Source: Eledone cirrhosa
Taxonomy: Eukaryota
Length of the DNA: 64,000 nt
Reading direction: 5' to 3'
NCBI GenBank assembly: GCA_964016885.1
Contig: OZ024741.1
Coordinates: forward strand, 116,002,001-116,066,000
Under the pieces are notes generated by a model. The model had not been told where the DNA came from. It worked only from the letters and a program-made list of their open reading frames with translations, and searched no databases. The position numbers and the translations under genes were made by a program. This document shows, in pieces, positions 11,499-24,429 of the stretch; within the stretch, counting starts at the first letter, position 1, and each line of letters begins with the position of its first letter.

Positions 11499-14400
11499 GG
11501 CGACCTACGTAGTGAATCGTTTTATCGTGAGCACCGCAAAGGTTTGTTATTTTCAGTTGTTTAAAATTGCCATTATTGGAAAATGTTTATTGTTAACTGT
11601 ATATAAGTGCACACACATTGTTTTCTGAAAAGGATACTCAAAAAGATTGGGGCCTTGAGCCCAAAATTTAAACTTTTATAATTATCAAACAAAAAAAAAA
11701 TTTCTTTGAAAAATCATGGCCGACTCACAGCTGAACCCAGTAGCTGAGAGCCTTCCTCACAAACTAACACCTCACACCGACACCACCATTGTAAATATTA
11801 CTACGTTTGCCAACACTAAAAATATAAGCAGTAGCAATATTTTAAATTTGACATTCATTTCCCGCCATTACCAATGACTGCAGGTGTTGAAGCCGCCACC
11901 CCCACCGCCACCACAGCGACAACAGAAACAAAAGAAAAAAATAAATTATCTCGTGATATCGAAACGAATTCAGCCAAAATGAACTCTTCCACACCGAACA
12001 CCATTGACGCCACCACCACCACAACTGACACTAAAATTAACAATAACAAAAATAACGATAACAACAACAGCAACAATGAAATTAAGAAAACAACCGTCTT
12101 TTGCCAGAGTAGCAAAAAAGTGCGAAGCATTCCAGGTGACTCAGGAGGAATTAGAAGAGGCCAAAAAAATGGTAAAGAAAGATGGGTACAGGATCAGCCT
12201 CACCCCCACCCCACCCAACCCCACACACACACCTAATAAAATGGAGCATCGTCGCCTATGCACCGTGTCTTATCGGACGATTAACATAAAATCGCGCCGA
12301 GTGGAACGGGCTTCCGAGTCCCAAATCCAAAAAGGTTGGGACATGTGTGGGCAAAAAAACCCCACATCAGACGTGGGCAGAAATATGGAACCGTGGACGT
12401 GTTCTTTGAAACATAACAGGAGGCCAGAGAACACTCCACGGCCCCATTAAGAAGTGACGACTTCACACTCGTCCCAAGCTATTGTGGCCAGAGACTCGTG
12501 AAGATCAATGTGACCCACGTTCCACCGGCCATCGAAATTCCCTGGCTAATGGCTGCCGTCCTCGTCGGCATTGAAGCCAACACCAACATAATCGAAATAG
12601 CGAAAGAAAAGCAGGAGAACTAGTCCGGATCTGGGATGGAGCTCCTGATCCAAGCGGACCAAAAAAGCATTGAGGAGATCCCAGAGGTAATAGACCTCAC
12701 TGACGGCAGCCACCTCACCGTAATCGTCGAGGGCAGAAGGCTTAGGTGAGTCGTTTGTGGTGAAGGAACCCACCTAAGGGCTTTCTGCCCTCAGGCTAAA
12801 AGGTTGAGGCCACCTCTCTTACCCACCCCAGTGACTCAACCATCAACACCACCAGCAGTAGAAATGGCAGCAACAACTGTAGCAGCAACAACAGAAGCAA
12901 CTGTAACAGCAACAACCCCAGCAACAGTAGCAAAACCAACACCACCACCACCCAACGCGCCAGAAATAGCACCAGCGCCTACACCATCCACCATGCCACA
13001 ACCAAAACCAACGTCTGTGGAGGATTTTCCACTCCCCGACATATCGCAACTGGAGACAGATTGTGACGACGAGGAGTGGGAAACGGTATCAGAAAAAAAA
13101 AGAAAAAAAGAAAAAGAAACCGAAAAAGAAAAAAATCCCCTTCCTTCCCCCTCCAAAAACAAAATACAGAGGGAAATAAATATATTATCAAACAAAAAAG
13201 TTAGAACAGATATGCCACCATCCACACCAGCATCACCAACCACATCATCACAAACACCAACACCATCACCATCATTAACCCCAACACCACCATCACCAAC
13301 ACCACAAAATTCACCAAATAGCGAAACAGAAACAAACCCACAACAAACGCAAAAAAAACAAAACTACCAAAACGATACACACTACACAGCATTAAATTTG
13401 AACAACAACCAATTATTACACTACATGCAACACAACACCAGCATCACAGAAAAACACTACACACCAACACAAAAGTTCACACCACCTCCACACATACAAA
13501 TCACTCGCATCATACAGAAAACGTACACGACACTAAAACAAAAATTCCCCAAAGACATCGGAGACTTCCAACAAACACTCTCCAGGATGATTTATAAGGA
13601 CATCCTTCCGGAGGGTGTCCACAAGCAGTGAAAATGATGGACAAACCATCCTTCCTCTACGAGAAGTAAGGTAACTGGTCTTTCCCATCTTTTCCACTCC
13701 ATTTCAACATGACCTCACTCAGAATAGGCAGCATAAATGCGCGTGGCTTGGGATCGTCATGGAAGCAGAGCCACCTGCTCAACGACCTTAGGTCACTAAA
13801 CATAGATGTAGTGGCCACCAGCGAGACCAGAATCTCCGAGGCACGGGCCTTCGCACCGATCTTCGGCGGCTACGATGTGTACGCATCTCCCAGCCGTCCG
13901 GGATCGGGGGAGGAGTTTCTGTGCTTTTTTGGAGAGGTTTGGATCTCGCCATACGGGCCATCTTCCTGGACCCAGAAGGTAAGTTCGTGGTGCTAGACGT
14001 GACCAGCGGAGACGGGCAAGCTTTCAGGCAAGTGGCCATCTATGCCCCGACAGGAGCAGGGCGGCCTGATTTCTTCCGGCGTCTGGAGACCTTTCTTGGA
14101 ACGTCCCGCTCTTTAGTGTTAGTGGGCGACTGGAACGGGATCTTAGATGCACGCTGGGATTGTGTGGGATTAGTGGATAGGGAAGGAGGGTGCAAGAGTC
14201 TCACCAACCTGCTCAGACGTTTTGAACTGTCTGACAGGTACCGATTGGATTTCCCGAATGTGCCAATGTGGACTTGGACAAATCGCATCAAGTCATCCAG
14301 ATCATATCTAGATAGAGTATGTTGTAGGGAAATAGATAGGTCTAGCATAGGCTGTCCACAATTCAAGATAGTCAGCTACACGGACCACAAATTCGTGATC

Positions 14401-17378
14401 TGTGTGCTTGACGTAGATAGGCTTCATAGACGAGGACCCGCTACTGGAGGCTAAACGTGTCATTACCAGCGCGCAAGGCCTACAGAGACCGGATTAGCGA
14501 ACTAGTTAAGCGGGCGTTGACGAGGGCCATCGTCAAAAACAAGTGGTGGTTTGCTCTAAAAAGAGCGATGAGAATAGAGTCCATTAGGTTTAGTTAGGCT
14601 TTAGCAATAGAGAAAAATAGAGCAGAGGGAGAACTAGTTAGAAAATTAGACGAGGCGCTTAGCAAAGGCATCGCGACCGACGTACTTGCGGCGAAATTGG
14701 CCGTTGACCAATTCTCCAATCCAAAGCACGAAGGTTGCGTTGTCAGAGCTAGGGTGCGTGCTTTCAGACACGAGGGGACGAAAGCCGTTCAATGAGCCCG
14801 AGTGGCGGAGGCTCGTCGTGGCAACAAAGCCACGATCCGGTCTTTGGTGGATCACGACGGGCGCATGCTACTCGATCCCGGGCAAATGTGTGAAGCTTTT
14901 CAGCGACACTTCGCTCAGCTGTTCGGGGGCAGCGGCGGGCCGGATCTAGGGATGGACTTTAGTGTCTACCTCGACGGACTGCCGCGGCTCTCGGCCACTG
15001 AGGCGGAGTGTTGCGAAAAGCCGATAACAGCCGCTGAAGTACGGGACACAATGACTGGCTGCACAAGGGGTAAATCGCCTTGTTTTGGATGGTCTGCCCT
15101 ATGAACTTTACGTACAGATGCCTGACTTGTTCGGAGGCCTCTTGGCGGACGTCTACTGCAACTGGCAACAGAACGGGAGAATTCCCAGCTCTGAAAGCCG
15201 AGGAGATGTGGCGCTGCTGAGAAACGATCCGAACAAGGGGGATAACATAGATAATTTTAGGCCTATAATTCTGCTGAAGACAGAGTTCAAGATTTTGGCC
15301 AAGGTGCTAGCAAAGAGGTTGGCGCTTGTCGTTGGTGGTCTGGTGGGTGAGGCGGAGACATGCGCCATTCTCGACAGATCCAACCACGGCAATCTCCACC
15401 TCATGCGATACATCGTAGAGAGGGTAGCAAGGGAATCTGGCACGGGTGGGTCCTTGATCAATTTAGATCAGTCGAAAGCTTTCGATAGGGTCGACCATCG
15501 TTACCTAGCGGCAGTCCTGAGTGCGGCTGGCTTTGGGCCCGTCTTCAGAGGCTGGATCGCTGCCATGCACAGCGACATCTGCACTGTGGTGAGAGGGAAC
15601 GGTCACCTTTCGGAACCGTTCAACATCATGCGCTCGTCCGCCAAGGATGTCCCCTCTCGTCCCTCTTGTACGTATTGACTCTCGAACAATTACTGCACAA
15701 ACTGGCGACGTTGAGGGGGTCCCGCGCGAAATAGGATGCGGAAGATCCGTGTCAGCATATGCGGACGATTTCACCGTAGTGGTGTCGAACGCCAAACACA
15801 TCGAGGCGATCGGCACTACACTAAGAGAATACGAAGCGGTGACAGGGGCAATGATCAACCAGGAAAAGTCAGTGGGCCTGCAGCTCGGCTCCTGGAGAGG
15901 CAGGTCCTTGCCGTCCAACAGCGTCGTCGGGCGCTGGACGGACGGACCGGTTAAATTGCTCGGGGTCTGGTTCGGTCCGGATCTCCAGACAGACAAAAAC
16001 TAGTACGAGATGACGAGCAGGGTGGCTTCTCTCACCCAGAAATGGGCCGAGAGGAAGCTAACCCTGAAAGGTCGAGCGGAGGTGGCTAACGCGTATATCG
16101 CGTCCGTCATCTACTACCGCCTGACCGTCGTACCTTGTCCTAAGCCCCGCCTGATTGCGCTGGAGCGTTTGCTCTTTCGCTTTTTGTGGAAGGGACGCGC
16201 TCCGATGGTCAGGCGGTCCATCTGCTGTCAACACCCGCTACGTGGAGGGCTGGCCATGCCGTGGCTGATGATGCGCCGTCACGCGCTCAGGCTACGACAT
16301 TTCCACCTCTTCCTCAACGGTGATCAGGTGTGGTCGCCATTTGCTAGACACGTCTTTCCCCAGCTCGTCCCCTTCACGGAGCTGCAGTCCTGGGTCAAGC
16401 GAAGACCGAGAGGGAGCGCTTGGAGACTGGAATGTCTTCAGGCGCTCACAGCCCTCGACCAATCGGGCAATGTGATCGGTGGAAACTCCACCTTGGCGTT
16501 CTATAGGGGATTAGTGGAGGGGGAAGAGCGACGACGTACTTAGAGAAACTCTAGGCGTCGACGAAAATCAACTAGCCAGTCTCTTCGGAAGGACTTTCGG
16601 GCCAGGGCCTATCGACAACTTCCAGAAATCCCTGGTCTGTCAGTGCTACCGAGGAGCTTTGCCAGTTCGGGATAAACTCTACAGGCATGTAGGTGCCGTC
16701 AGCCGCGCATGTCCGAGATGCGCGCAGGGCGACGAAACCGTCCTGCACGCACTCGTCCAGTGTCCGAGCTTTGCTGACTTGTGGGTTTATGTCGAACACC
16801 TGCTGTCACGTGTAGGACGGATCCAGCTATCAGCTGAGTCCATCGTGAGGATTGCCCCGCCCTCTTCCTTTATCCGGGAAGGGCAGGCAGTTTTTAGCTG
16901 TCTGGTGGCCATGGCGAAAGAGATAGTATGGTGGACACGTTTGAAAGGGCTGAAGACGAGCACTTACCTCTTCGGTGATGCCCTGATTAACTTTTTCAAA
17001 TTTCATTTGAAAAGGAAAATCAGGGTAGAGAGGGACGTGCTCTCTTCCCAGCATTTTGTTGAAAGATGGGTGAGAGAAGCAAGTATGGGCCGTGTGAATG
17101 GGCCTACTCTGAGTAAGTTTCTGTAAATTAAAGGTGGAAAACTGGGAGAGGGCACTTGCCCTGGTGATCAGGGTCACTGTGGCCTTTTAATAGGCTTTCT
17201 CCACAGATGTCTCTCGGAAGTCTCCCCCCTATTGGGGAACTTTTCATTGTTATTTTTTTTATTACATCCTATGTTTTTTTTACACGCAGAAGTGCTCATT
17301 TGTACCGTCCTGTATTGTCCTGTACTGTCCTTAATGTCTACTTTATGTAAACCATTGTGGTTAATAAAGAAAGCATTT
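11499..17378 (+). mobile_element. Tx1/L1-clade retrotransposon, copy 2, full length with disrupted ORFs
   Basis: It begins with GG after (TTA)n. ORF1 runs from the ATG at 11716 to 13631 (fragmented, degenerate knuckle near 12750-12790). ORF2 runs 13709-17126 with APE (LRIGSINARGLG, SETR, YTDH), RT (YADD) and CPRC..ETVLHALVQC. An AATAAA at 17363 is followed by (TTA)n. Confidence 0.95.
13709..17126 (+). pseudogene. Tx1 ORF2 (APE-RT-zinc finger) with multiple frameshifts and stops
   Basis: Fragments starting at 13709, 13921, 14802, 15085, 15647, 16010 and 16659 are colinear with ORF2 of copy 1. Confidence 0.92.
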
Positions 17379-17399
17379 TTATTATTATTATTATTATTG

Positions 17400-18911
17400 T
17401 TCTTTGAGTCTCAGTCATTGATGTTAGTTAACTGGAAAGTTTGTTGAAATGAATATCAAGCCACTACCTGCAGCCTCAGATATTCAGGACGTATCGGATG
17501 GTTCTTGCTGTTGCCAGCAAGCAAGCCTTTTCAAGTGTTCCAAAAAGCGTGGCGGGGCCAATTTTCTTTAACCATCCCTGGAAACTTTTTGAGATAGTAC
17601 CTAGTGCGCCTATGACAATCGGGACCACTTTGACTTCATGGCAGTTCTAAATCCTTTTTACCTCCCACTTTAAGTCCTGTTATCGGTTAATTTTCTCCCT
17701 CTGCTTCTCTTGCACTCTCGTAGTCTTCCTAGTCTTCCTATCCATTTCTTTTTGTTCAGCAACATTCCATCTCAGAATTCCCGCACTGTACCTAATAATA
17801 GACACAGCTCGGGAATTTACTGCACTTATGGCATTCCTACTGGTCAGATGTGACTTTAATATGCACCTTACTCTCCGAATGTATTCAGCTCTTATCAATT
17901 CCTTCATTTTTTTGTTCTTGATGTCTTCAGCTTCCAGAACACCTAAATATTTGTATCCCTCTTCAGCAACACTCCATTTCAGAATTCCCGCACTGTACCT
18001 AATAATAGACACAGCTCGGGAATTCACTGCACTTATGACGTTCCTACTATTTATATATATTTGTATCCCTCTTCAGTGGCAATTTCCTTTATCATCTCAC
18101 CTGTTGGTACCTGGATTCTGTTGCTTCTGCTCAATTTACCCTTCTTCACACAAAGACTCCCCACTTACTAATACCAAATTGCATACATATATCATTGCTA
18201 AAAATACGGACAGTGTCAACAAGCACATCCAACTCCTTCTCACTCTTCCCGAAGAGCTTAAGATCATCCATGAAGAGGAGGTGATTGATGGTAAGCTCTC
18301 CCTTTCCCAACTTGTATCCTGCTCTCACTTTTCGCAGTATAATGGTCAGGGGGATCAGGGCAAGGACAAACAACAGAAGGGACAGACTATCTCCCTGGAA
18401 GATACCTCTCTTGATCTTCACGTCTCCCAAGGATTCTCCAGCTGATGTTAACTCTGTTTTCCAGGACTTCATACTTTTGCTCAACATCTGTCTGATATTA
18501 TCTGCCACCTTGAAGATCTCTAGGCTTTTGGTGATCCAAGAATGAGGCACCATGTCAAATGCCTTTTTGTAGTCTATCCATCCCATGGCAAGACCAGTGT
18601 TTCTCCTCTTGTAATTCCTCATTACCATCTTATCAATAAGTAACTGTCCTTTGTACCACGAGACTTCTTTCGGCATCCTTTCTGTTCGTCCGGTAACTTG
18701 TTGTTTGTGTGGAGGTGATGGTAGATTTCCTCAGACACAATCAGAACTGTGGTACCTTTTGTCAACCACTCTGGTACCTCACCTGACATCAAGCAGTCAT
18801 TGAACATGGTTGTCAGTTTCGGGTGTAGGGATGTTACATTTTTAATCTAATGCCCCTGCACACCATCTGGGCCTGGTGATTTCCAGTTGGTTAGTTTTTT
18901 TTGCCTGCCCC
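17400..18911 (-). mobile_element. R4/Dong-type retrotransposon, family B, truncated, internally deleted and partly duplicated
   Basis: It contains WIDYKKAFDMVPHSWI, GIFQGDSLS and LFMDDLKLF, and the C-terminus LEKACLLATARTIRYVLNI* near 17477. The segment NSRAVSIIRYSAGIL occurs twice. (TTA)n lies on both sides. Confidence 0.88.
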
Positions 18912-18927
18912 TTATTATTATTATTAT

Positions 18928-21900
18928 TTGCATTTATCTTACTTTATGTTTATACGAGTTATCACCAAGTCACAACCAGTGACCTCAAGAGAAAACAAGG
19001 TCCGCCATGTTCAAGAAAGAACACACATATTCACACATGCATCCTTAGTGTTTAGACTTGTGATGTACTTATATTGACAGGATCTTCCTTAGTATATGGG
19101 CAGTTCCCATTAGTACTATCTTTTGTATTTCTCCTATACGCGGGTTTCCTGGGATTTGCGATAAGTAGTCGTTAGACCCCTTAGGTATCATTCCCAGAGC
19201 GCCTACAACCACTGGTATTGTTTTAGTTCTCAATTTCCACATTTTTCCAATTTCTATCTCCAGGTCCTTATACTTGCTCAATTTTTCAAATGTTTTTATA
19301 GATACATTCTTGTCTATTGGAACAGACATATCAATTAGCAGGCATACCCTCCTTTGAAAGTCCTTCAATATTATATCAGGTCTATTTGCATCTATTTTTC
19401 GGTCTGTTTGGATGCTAAAGTTCCACAAGATGGAGATGTGATCTTTTTCAAGTATGGGAGGTGGTTGATGCTCCCACCAATTCTTTTGATGGGGCAGGTC
19501 AAAATGCTTACACATTATCCAATGTATGTATTGTGCAGCTCTGTCATGCCTGTTTAGGTATTCGGTTGGCGCTATAGGACTGCACATTGAAATTATATGG
19601 TCACTGGTCTCTGGTTGTTTTTTGCATACACGGCATAATGGGCTGCACCCATTTTTTATTATGTTGGCTTGGTAATTTTTTGTTGGCAGACACTGATCTT
19701 GTGCGGATATAATCAGTCCTTCAGTCTCCGATTTCAGTCCAGAGGATGCCAACCACAGATGGGTTAAAGTTTTGTCAACATCAGGATTATTAGCTCGCTC
19801 TGGGTATTTTCCATACAGAGGCTTTTCTTGCCATTTCTTAGCCAGTTTCTGTAGCAGTTCTTTCTTTGCAGTTACTTTTACCTGCTTTGCTTTTTCTGTG
19901 TTTTCCATTTCAGCAGTAAATGGGACTTCTGAAATTTGTAGTCCATTACTGTATCTTTGTGCATCTTTTGTAATGGAATATGATCTTTTGATGCTTTCGT
20001 GTTTCAAAACGAGTTTGATCATCCAATCATGTGATTCCCTTAGATATGTGGATAATCCAATTGTTGCAGTTTTCAACGCAATGTCTAACTGGATTAACCC
20101 ACGTCCTCCTTCTTTCCCAGGGAGATATATTCTATCTATGTCTGCCTTAGGGTGATGCATTCTGTGCATGGTTAAGAATTTTCGGATTTTTGTATCGAGC
20201 CTACGGATCTCTGTGCTTGACCAGTTGATGACATTGTAACTGTAGGTTACTACTGGTATGGCAAGCGTGTTTATGGCATCGATCCTATTCCTTGCATTCA
20301 ATTCCGTTCTTAAGATTGCTCTGACTCTGCGGTAACATTCCTTCCTTATCCTTTCCCTCATTGTCGAGTGCTTGATTCCGTCTCCTTCACAAACACCTAG
20401 ATATTTGTAAGTTTGTTCTTGATCAAGCTCTCTTATCACGTTCCCCCGATCAAGATTAATGTCTGAACTCTTCAGCAGCTTTCCTCTGGTGAACGTTGCT
20501 TTGGCGCATTTATCCAGTCGAAACTCCATTTTAATGTCATCACTGAACTGCTTCACAGTGGATAATAGCCCTTGCAATTGTTCATCATTTTTTGCAAATA
20601 GTTTCAGGTCATCCATGTAGAACAGGTGATTAATGGTTTTTTCATAGACTCTATATCCATGTTTTGTTTCATTGAGCATTTTACTTAATGGTATAAGTGC
20701 GATGCAGAATAAAAGCGGTGATAAAGAGTCACCCTGAAAAATTCCACAATTAATGTTAACTTCTCCAGCTTCCAGTGATTTTGTTTCACTATTCAAAAGG
20801 AGTGTCGTTCTCCATGTCCTCATACTGAATGACAAAAACCTCCTGACAACGGGGGATATTTTGAAAATCTCTAAACATTTTTCAATCCAACTGTGTGGCA
20901 AACTATCAAATGCTTTTTTATAATCTATCCAAGCAATCGATAGATTTTTGTGTCTATTATGACAATCTTCCAGTATCATTTTGTTAATCAGAAGCTGATC
21001 CTTACAGCCATATGAGCCTCGTTTACACCCTTTCTGCTCAATGGGAAATAGGTCATTTGTTATCAGGTGGTCATATGTGAATTCAGTTAGGACTGATGTT
21101 AAAATTTTATACATTGTGATCAAGCAGGTTATCGGTCTGTAATTTTTGGGATTGTTTGTCTCATCATTCTTCGGTAGCAGGAATGTAATGCCGTTAACTA
21201 GCCATGATGGTATCTTTTCTGGCTCCTTAACTATTTCATTGTAAAGTTGGGCTAACAGCTCATGAGACTCTGTGAAGGCATTTATCCAAAAGTTTTGTAT
21301 TTTGTCTTTTCCTGGGGATTTCCATTTGCTGGTTTTTCTTAGAGCCAAGCGCAGCTGTTCAACTGTTATATTTTCCCATGTTTGTTCTTCAAGGTGAGCT
21401 GTTTCTTTCATTTGTCTGTCTATCCATGGGGCATGTATGTTATGAACTTTTTCTTCGGCCCAGATCTTTTCCCAGAATTCTTGCACTTCCTCCTTGGGTG
21501 GTATTGATTTAGCAATTATTGTTGACTTACCAATTTTTCTGTAGAAGTTTCTTTGGTTGTTTTTGAACATATTATTGTCCTTATAGAATCTAGATCGTTT
21601 TTCAAAGCGCCTTATACGAGCAGCTTTGGCCGACACTTTTTGCTTGATTGTTTCTATCAGCATGTCTATGTCACATGTTGATCTTATACTGTACTTTTTT
21701 TTCAATTTTCTAAGTTTAGTTTGTTTAACATGTTCACCTACTTTATAGTTTGTTAAAATTTCTATGTCAGATAGGAGAAGGTTTATTTGGCGATTGATGT
21801 TATCTTGCCAAGTAGATTTCTTGTGGGAATTCCTTTGTTTTTTCATCTTCACTCCACATAAGTGAGTGGCGACTTTAGCCGATGCATAATAGAGATGATT

Positions 21901-21946
21901 TAAGTCAGTAATGTTTAGTTTGTTTGTGATGATAATGTTTTTGAGA

Positions 21947-21950
<4 letters not shown>
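18928..21950 (-). mobile_element. R4/Dong-type retrotransposon, family A copy 3, 5'-truncated with an open reading frame
   Basis: Nearly identical to 6762-9785 and flanked by (TTA)n at 18912-18927 and 21948-21999. Confidence 0.95.
19069..21852 (-). CDS. RT + CCHC zinc finger + restriction-like endonuclease polyprotein (927 aa, N-terminally truncated)
   Basis: The ORF is uninterrupted and contains GIFQGDSLSP, YMDD, CRVC-H-C, RHD and PD..D motifs. Confidence 0.9.
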   Translation of the reverse strand: MKMKKQRNSHKKSTWQDNINRQINLLLSDIEILTNYKVGEHVKQTKLRKLKKKYSIRSTCDIDMLIETIKQKVSAKAARIRRFEKRSRFYKDNNMFKNNQRNFYRKIGKSTIIAKSIPPKEEVQEFWEKIWAEEKVHNIHAPWIDRQMKETAHLEEQTWENITVEQLRLALRKTSKWKSPGKDKIQNFWINAFTESHELLAQLYNEIVKEPEKIPSWLVNGITFLLPKNDETNNPKNYRPITCLITMYKILTSVLTEFTYDHLITNDLFPIEQKGCKRGSYGCKDQLLINKMILEDCHNRHKNLSIAWIDYKKAFDSLPHSWIEKCLEIFKISPVVRRFLSFSMRTWRTTLLLNSETKSLEAGEVNINCGIFQGDSLSPLLFCIALIPLSKMLNETKHGYRVYEKTINHLFYMDDLKLFAKNDEQLQGLLSTVKQFSDDIKMEFRLDKCAKATFTRGKLLKSSDINLDRGNVIRELDQEQTYKYLGVCEGDGIKHSTMRERIRKECYRRVRAILRTELNARNRIDAINTLAIPVVTYSYNVINWSSTEIRRLDTKIRKFLTMHRMHHPKADIDRIYLPGKEGGRGLIQLDIALKTATIGLSTYLRESHDWMIKLVLKHESIKRSYSITKDAQRYSNGLQISEVPFTAEMENTEKAKQVKVTAKKELLQKLAKKWQEKPLYGKYPERANNPDVDKTLTHLWLASSGLKSETEGLIISAQDQCLPTKNYQANIIKNGCSPLCRVCKKQPETSDHIISMCSPIAPTEYLNRHDRAAQYIHWIMCKHFDLPHQKNWWEHQPPPILEKDHISILWNFSIQTDRKIDANRPDIILKDFQRRVCLLIDMSVPIDKNVSIKTFEKLSKYKDLEIEIGKMWKLRTKTIPVVVGALGMIPKGSNDYLSQIPGNPRIGEIQKIVLMGTAHILRKILSI

Positions 21951-21999
<49 letters not shown>

Positions 22000-22000
22000 C

Positions 22001-22242
22001 GGTCTGTTCGGACGCTTTTTGCTCGCCCCCAGTAAGTCGCTTTATTTGCCTGTTAAAATTATTTGTTGTTAAATATTTCTTGTTGTGTAAGGGATATAAG
22101 CCCTTAGACTTTGCCCTGTGAAGGGGAAAGTATAATATTTGGGCTATTTGGCCCAAATATTTGAACATTTTACTTTTAAAAATTATTTGAAAAAAAGAAA
22201 CATGGCTGAGCCACACACCCCAGCAATATGTACGCTGTCGTG
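22001..22242 (+). mobile_element. Tx1 copy 3, comprising only the 5' UTR and the ORF1 start (MAEP)
   Basis: It matches the reverse complement of about 5203-5448 and follows (TTA)n. Confidence 0.88.
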
Positions 22243-22538
22243 TTATCTAACCTCGCGTAGTATCTATCCTCCAAATGTTCTTGTAACAAAGTTTTAATCA
22301 GATATTTGCGTTTAACTTTTGTAATAACTCCGATGAAACCTGCCGTGTGTTAGTATAAAACGATCGTTAGTTATTAAATGTTTGTAAACTTAAACACTCT
22401 GATTATTATTTACATTTAATAACTAACGATCGTTTTATCCTAACACACGGCAGGGGTCATCGGAGTTATTAAAAAAGATAAACGCAAATATCTGATTAAA
22501 ACTTTGTTGGAGGATAGATACTACGCGAGGTTAGATAA
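22243..22538. repeat. Fold-back inverted repeat (arms about 22243-22380 and 22413-22538) with a degenerate hammerhead-like core, probably PLE-derived
   Basis: The arms are reverse complements. The core reads aataact-CCGATGA-...-AAAAC-gatc-GTT-agttatt. Confidence 0.75.
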
Positions 22539-22863
22539 GTAGAAGAATTAATATTTATATAAGGTAATTGACATACATATTAGGATGGTAAAATATCATT
22601 TAAAAAATATATAATGAATATATATGTACATATATATATTAATTTTATATTTTGAAAAAGGATATTTTACTAACCTAATCCCAACCCATTAGAAATTTCA
22701 GGTTCGCTCAATCTGTTTTCTTTAATTTGCTCTTCTTACACTTAAGCTGACTGGGAGTCAGCGAGTCTATTATTCATGATGTGTTCTAAGATGCGTTTAA
22801 GATTCCCTGCCAAAATTTGCGAAGATTCTTAGAAAAATGGCGACGCTGCTCTTCAACAAACTG

Positions 22864-22942
22864 ACACACACACATACACACTCACTCACTCACTCACTCA
22901 CTCACTCACTCACTCACTCACTCACTCACTCACTCACTCACT

Positions 22943-23002
<60 letters not shown>
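22864..23002. repeat. (CA)n-(CACT)n-(CA)n-(TA)n compound microsatellite
   Basis: Directly visible in the sequence. Confidence 0.95.
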
Positions 23003-23005
<3 letters not shown>

Positions 23006-23506
23006 TCAGTATTCATTACTTCCTTTTGTGGAATTTTGTAGTCGAAACAAATCAATAGTAATATGCTTGTTATAATTGTACATTTATTAATTGAAGGCGA
23101 AAACCATGAGAATTGGAAATCAGAATGTTGTTCTCGTTCGACTTTCAAATCTGGCACTACATCAAAGAATACCAGGCATCGACTCTAACAAGATCATAAC
23201 TGATTCACATTTATGAAAGTAATGGCCTCTATCATTTATTTCTCTCAATTTCTTTTATAGTTTGTCGATACTGAATAAAAGCCATTGTGTATAGTGTTAC
23301 AAACACATATCCCACACATCATACAAACACATACATCATATATATATACTCACACACATCATATATAGAAACATCACAGGCGCTTCTATGTACTTTTTCA
23401 ATTTCCATGGCTATTTTACCCGATTTTCTCAACTAGTGATTGACTGTTATTACAGTAGATTTCAGCGTTGTGATGCGCACATTCATTAATTATATATATA
23501 TATATA

Positions 23507-23552
<46 letters not shown>

Positions 23553-23618
23553 TGCGTGTGACCATGTATTCATATTTATATATACATATACATGCATATA
23601 GATCAACATATATGCGCG

Positions 23619-23688
<70 letters not shown>

Positions 23689-24329
23689 TATATATTAGAC
23701 GTACTCATTCTGTGTGAAAATGTGATTAACTCCACTCAAGCATTTCCTATTTTGCTCTTATTGAATAGCATCGTTTAATCTATATTTAGTATATTACTGA
23801 CATATATGCCACCCTATTTCTCATTCGGTTTGAAAGTCTATTTAAGGAACATGTACAAAACTAACCACGACCATAGAAATTAGGACAAAATATGTATTAA
23901 TGAGCCAAGATTTTGTAATACATTCATGTAACGACATCTCCCATTCCCTTTAAAATATTGCCAAATATTTGTATTGAATGTCTTCTAATTACTGATATAC
24001 CACAAACCACTCCAGTCTTTCGATTTGCTCCACATAAATATTGATTTTTAATTTAGGCAAATTTGGAGAAGGATGAAGTTGATAAAATGAACTCCAGTAC
24101 TTAATTGGTACTTGATATTATTGAACCCGGATATCTGGATACAGACACACATACACCCCTCTCATATATATATATATATATATATCCAATCCAGAACCTT
24201 CTCACACCTGATGGAGAAACCTCTCCCTGGTTGACCACCACAGCTTACTGTTTGGTTTTGGTCTTGGCTTCAAGGCTGTAGCTATACACACTATGATTGT
24301 CTTTTTGCGGATTGGTGAGGCTATTTAAC

Positions 24330-24392
<63 letters not shown>

Positions 24393-24429
24393 TATATATA
24401 TATATATATAAATATATATATATATGATA

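Noticed and set aside
7606-20155. Identical-looking 127-aa plus-strand ORFs at 7606 and 19772
   Set aside because: They are antisense shadows of the duplicated Dong ORF.
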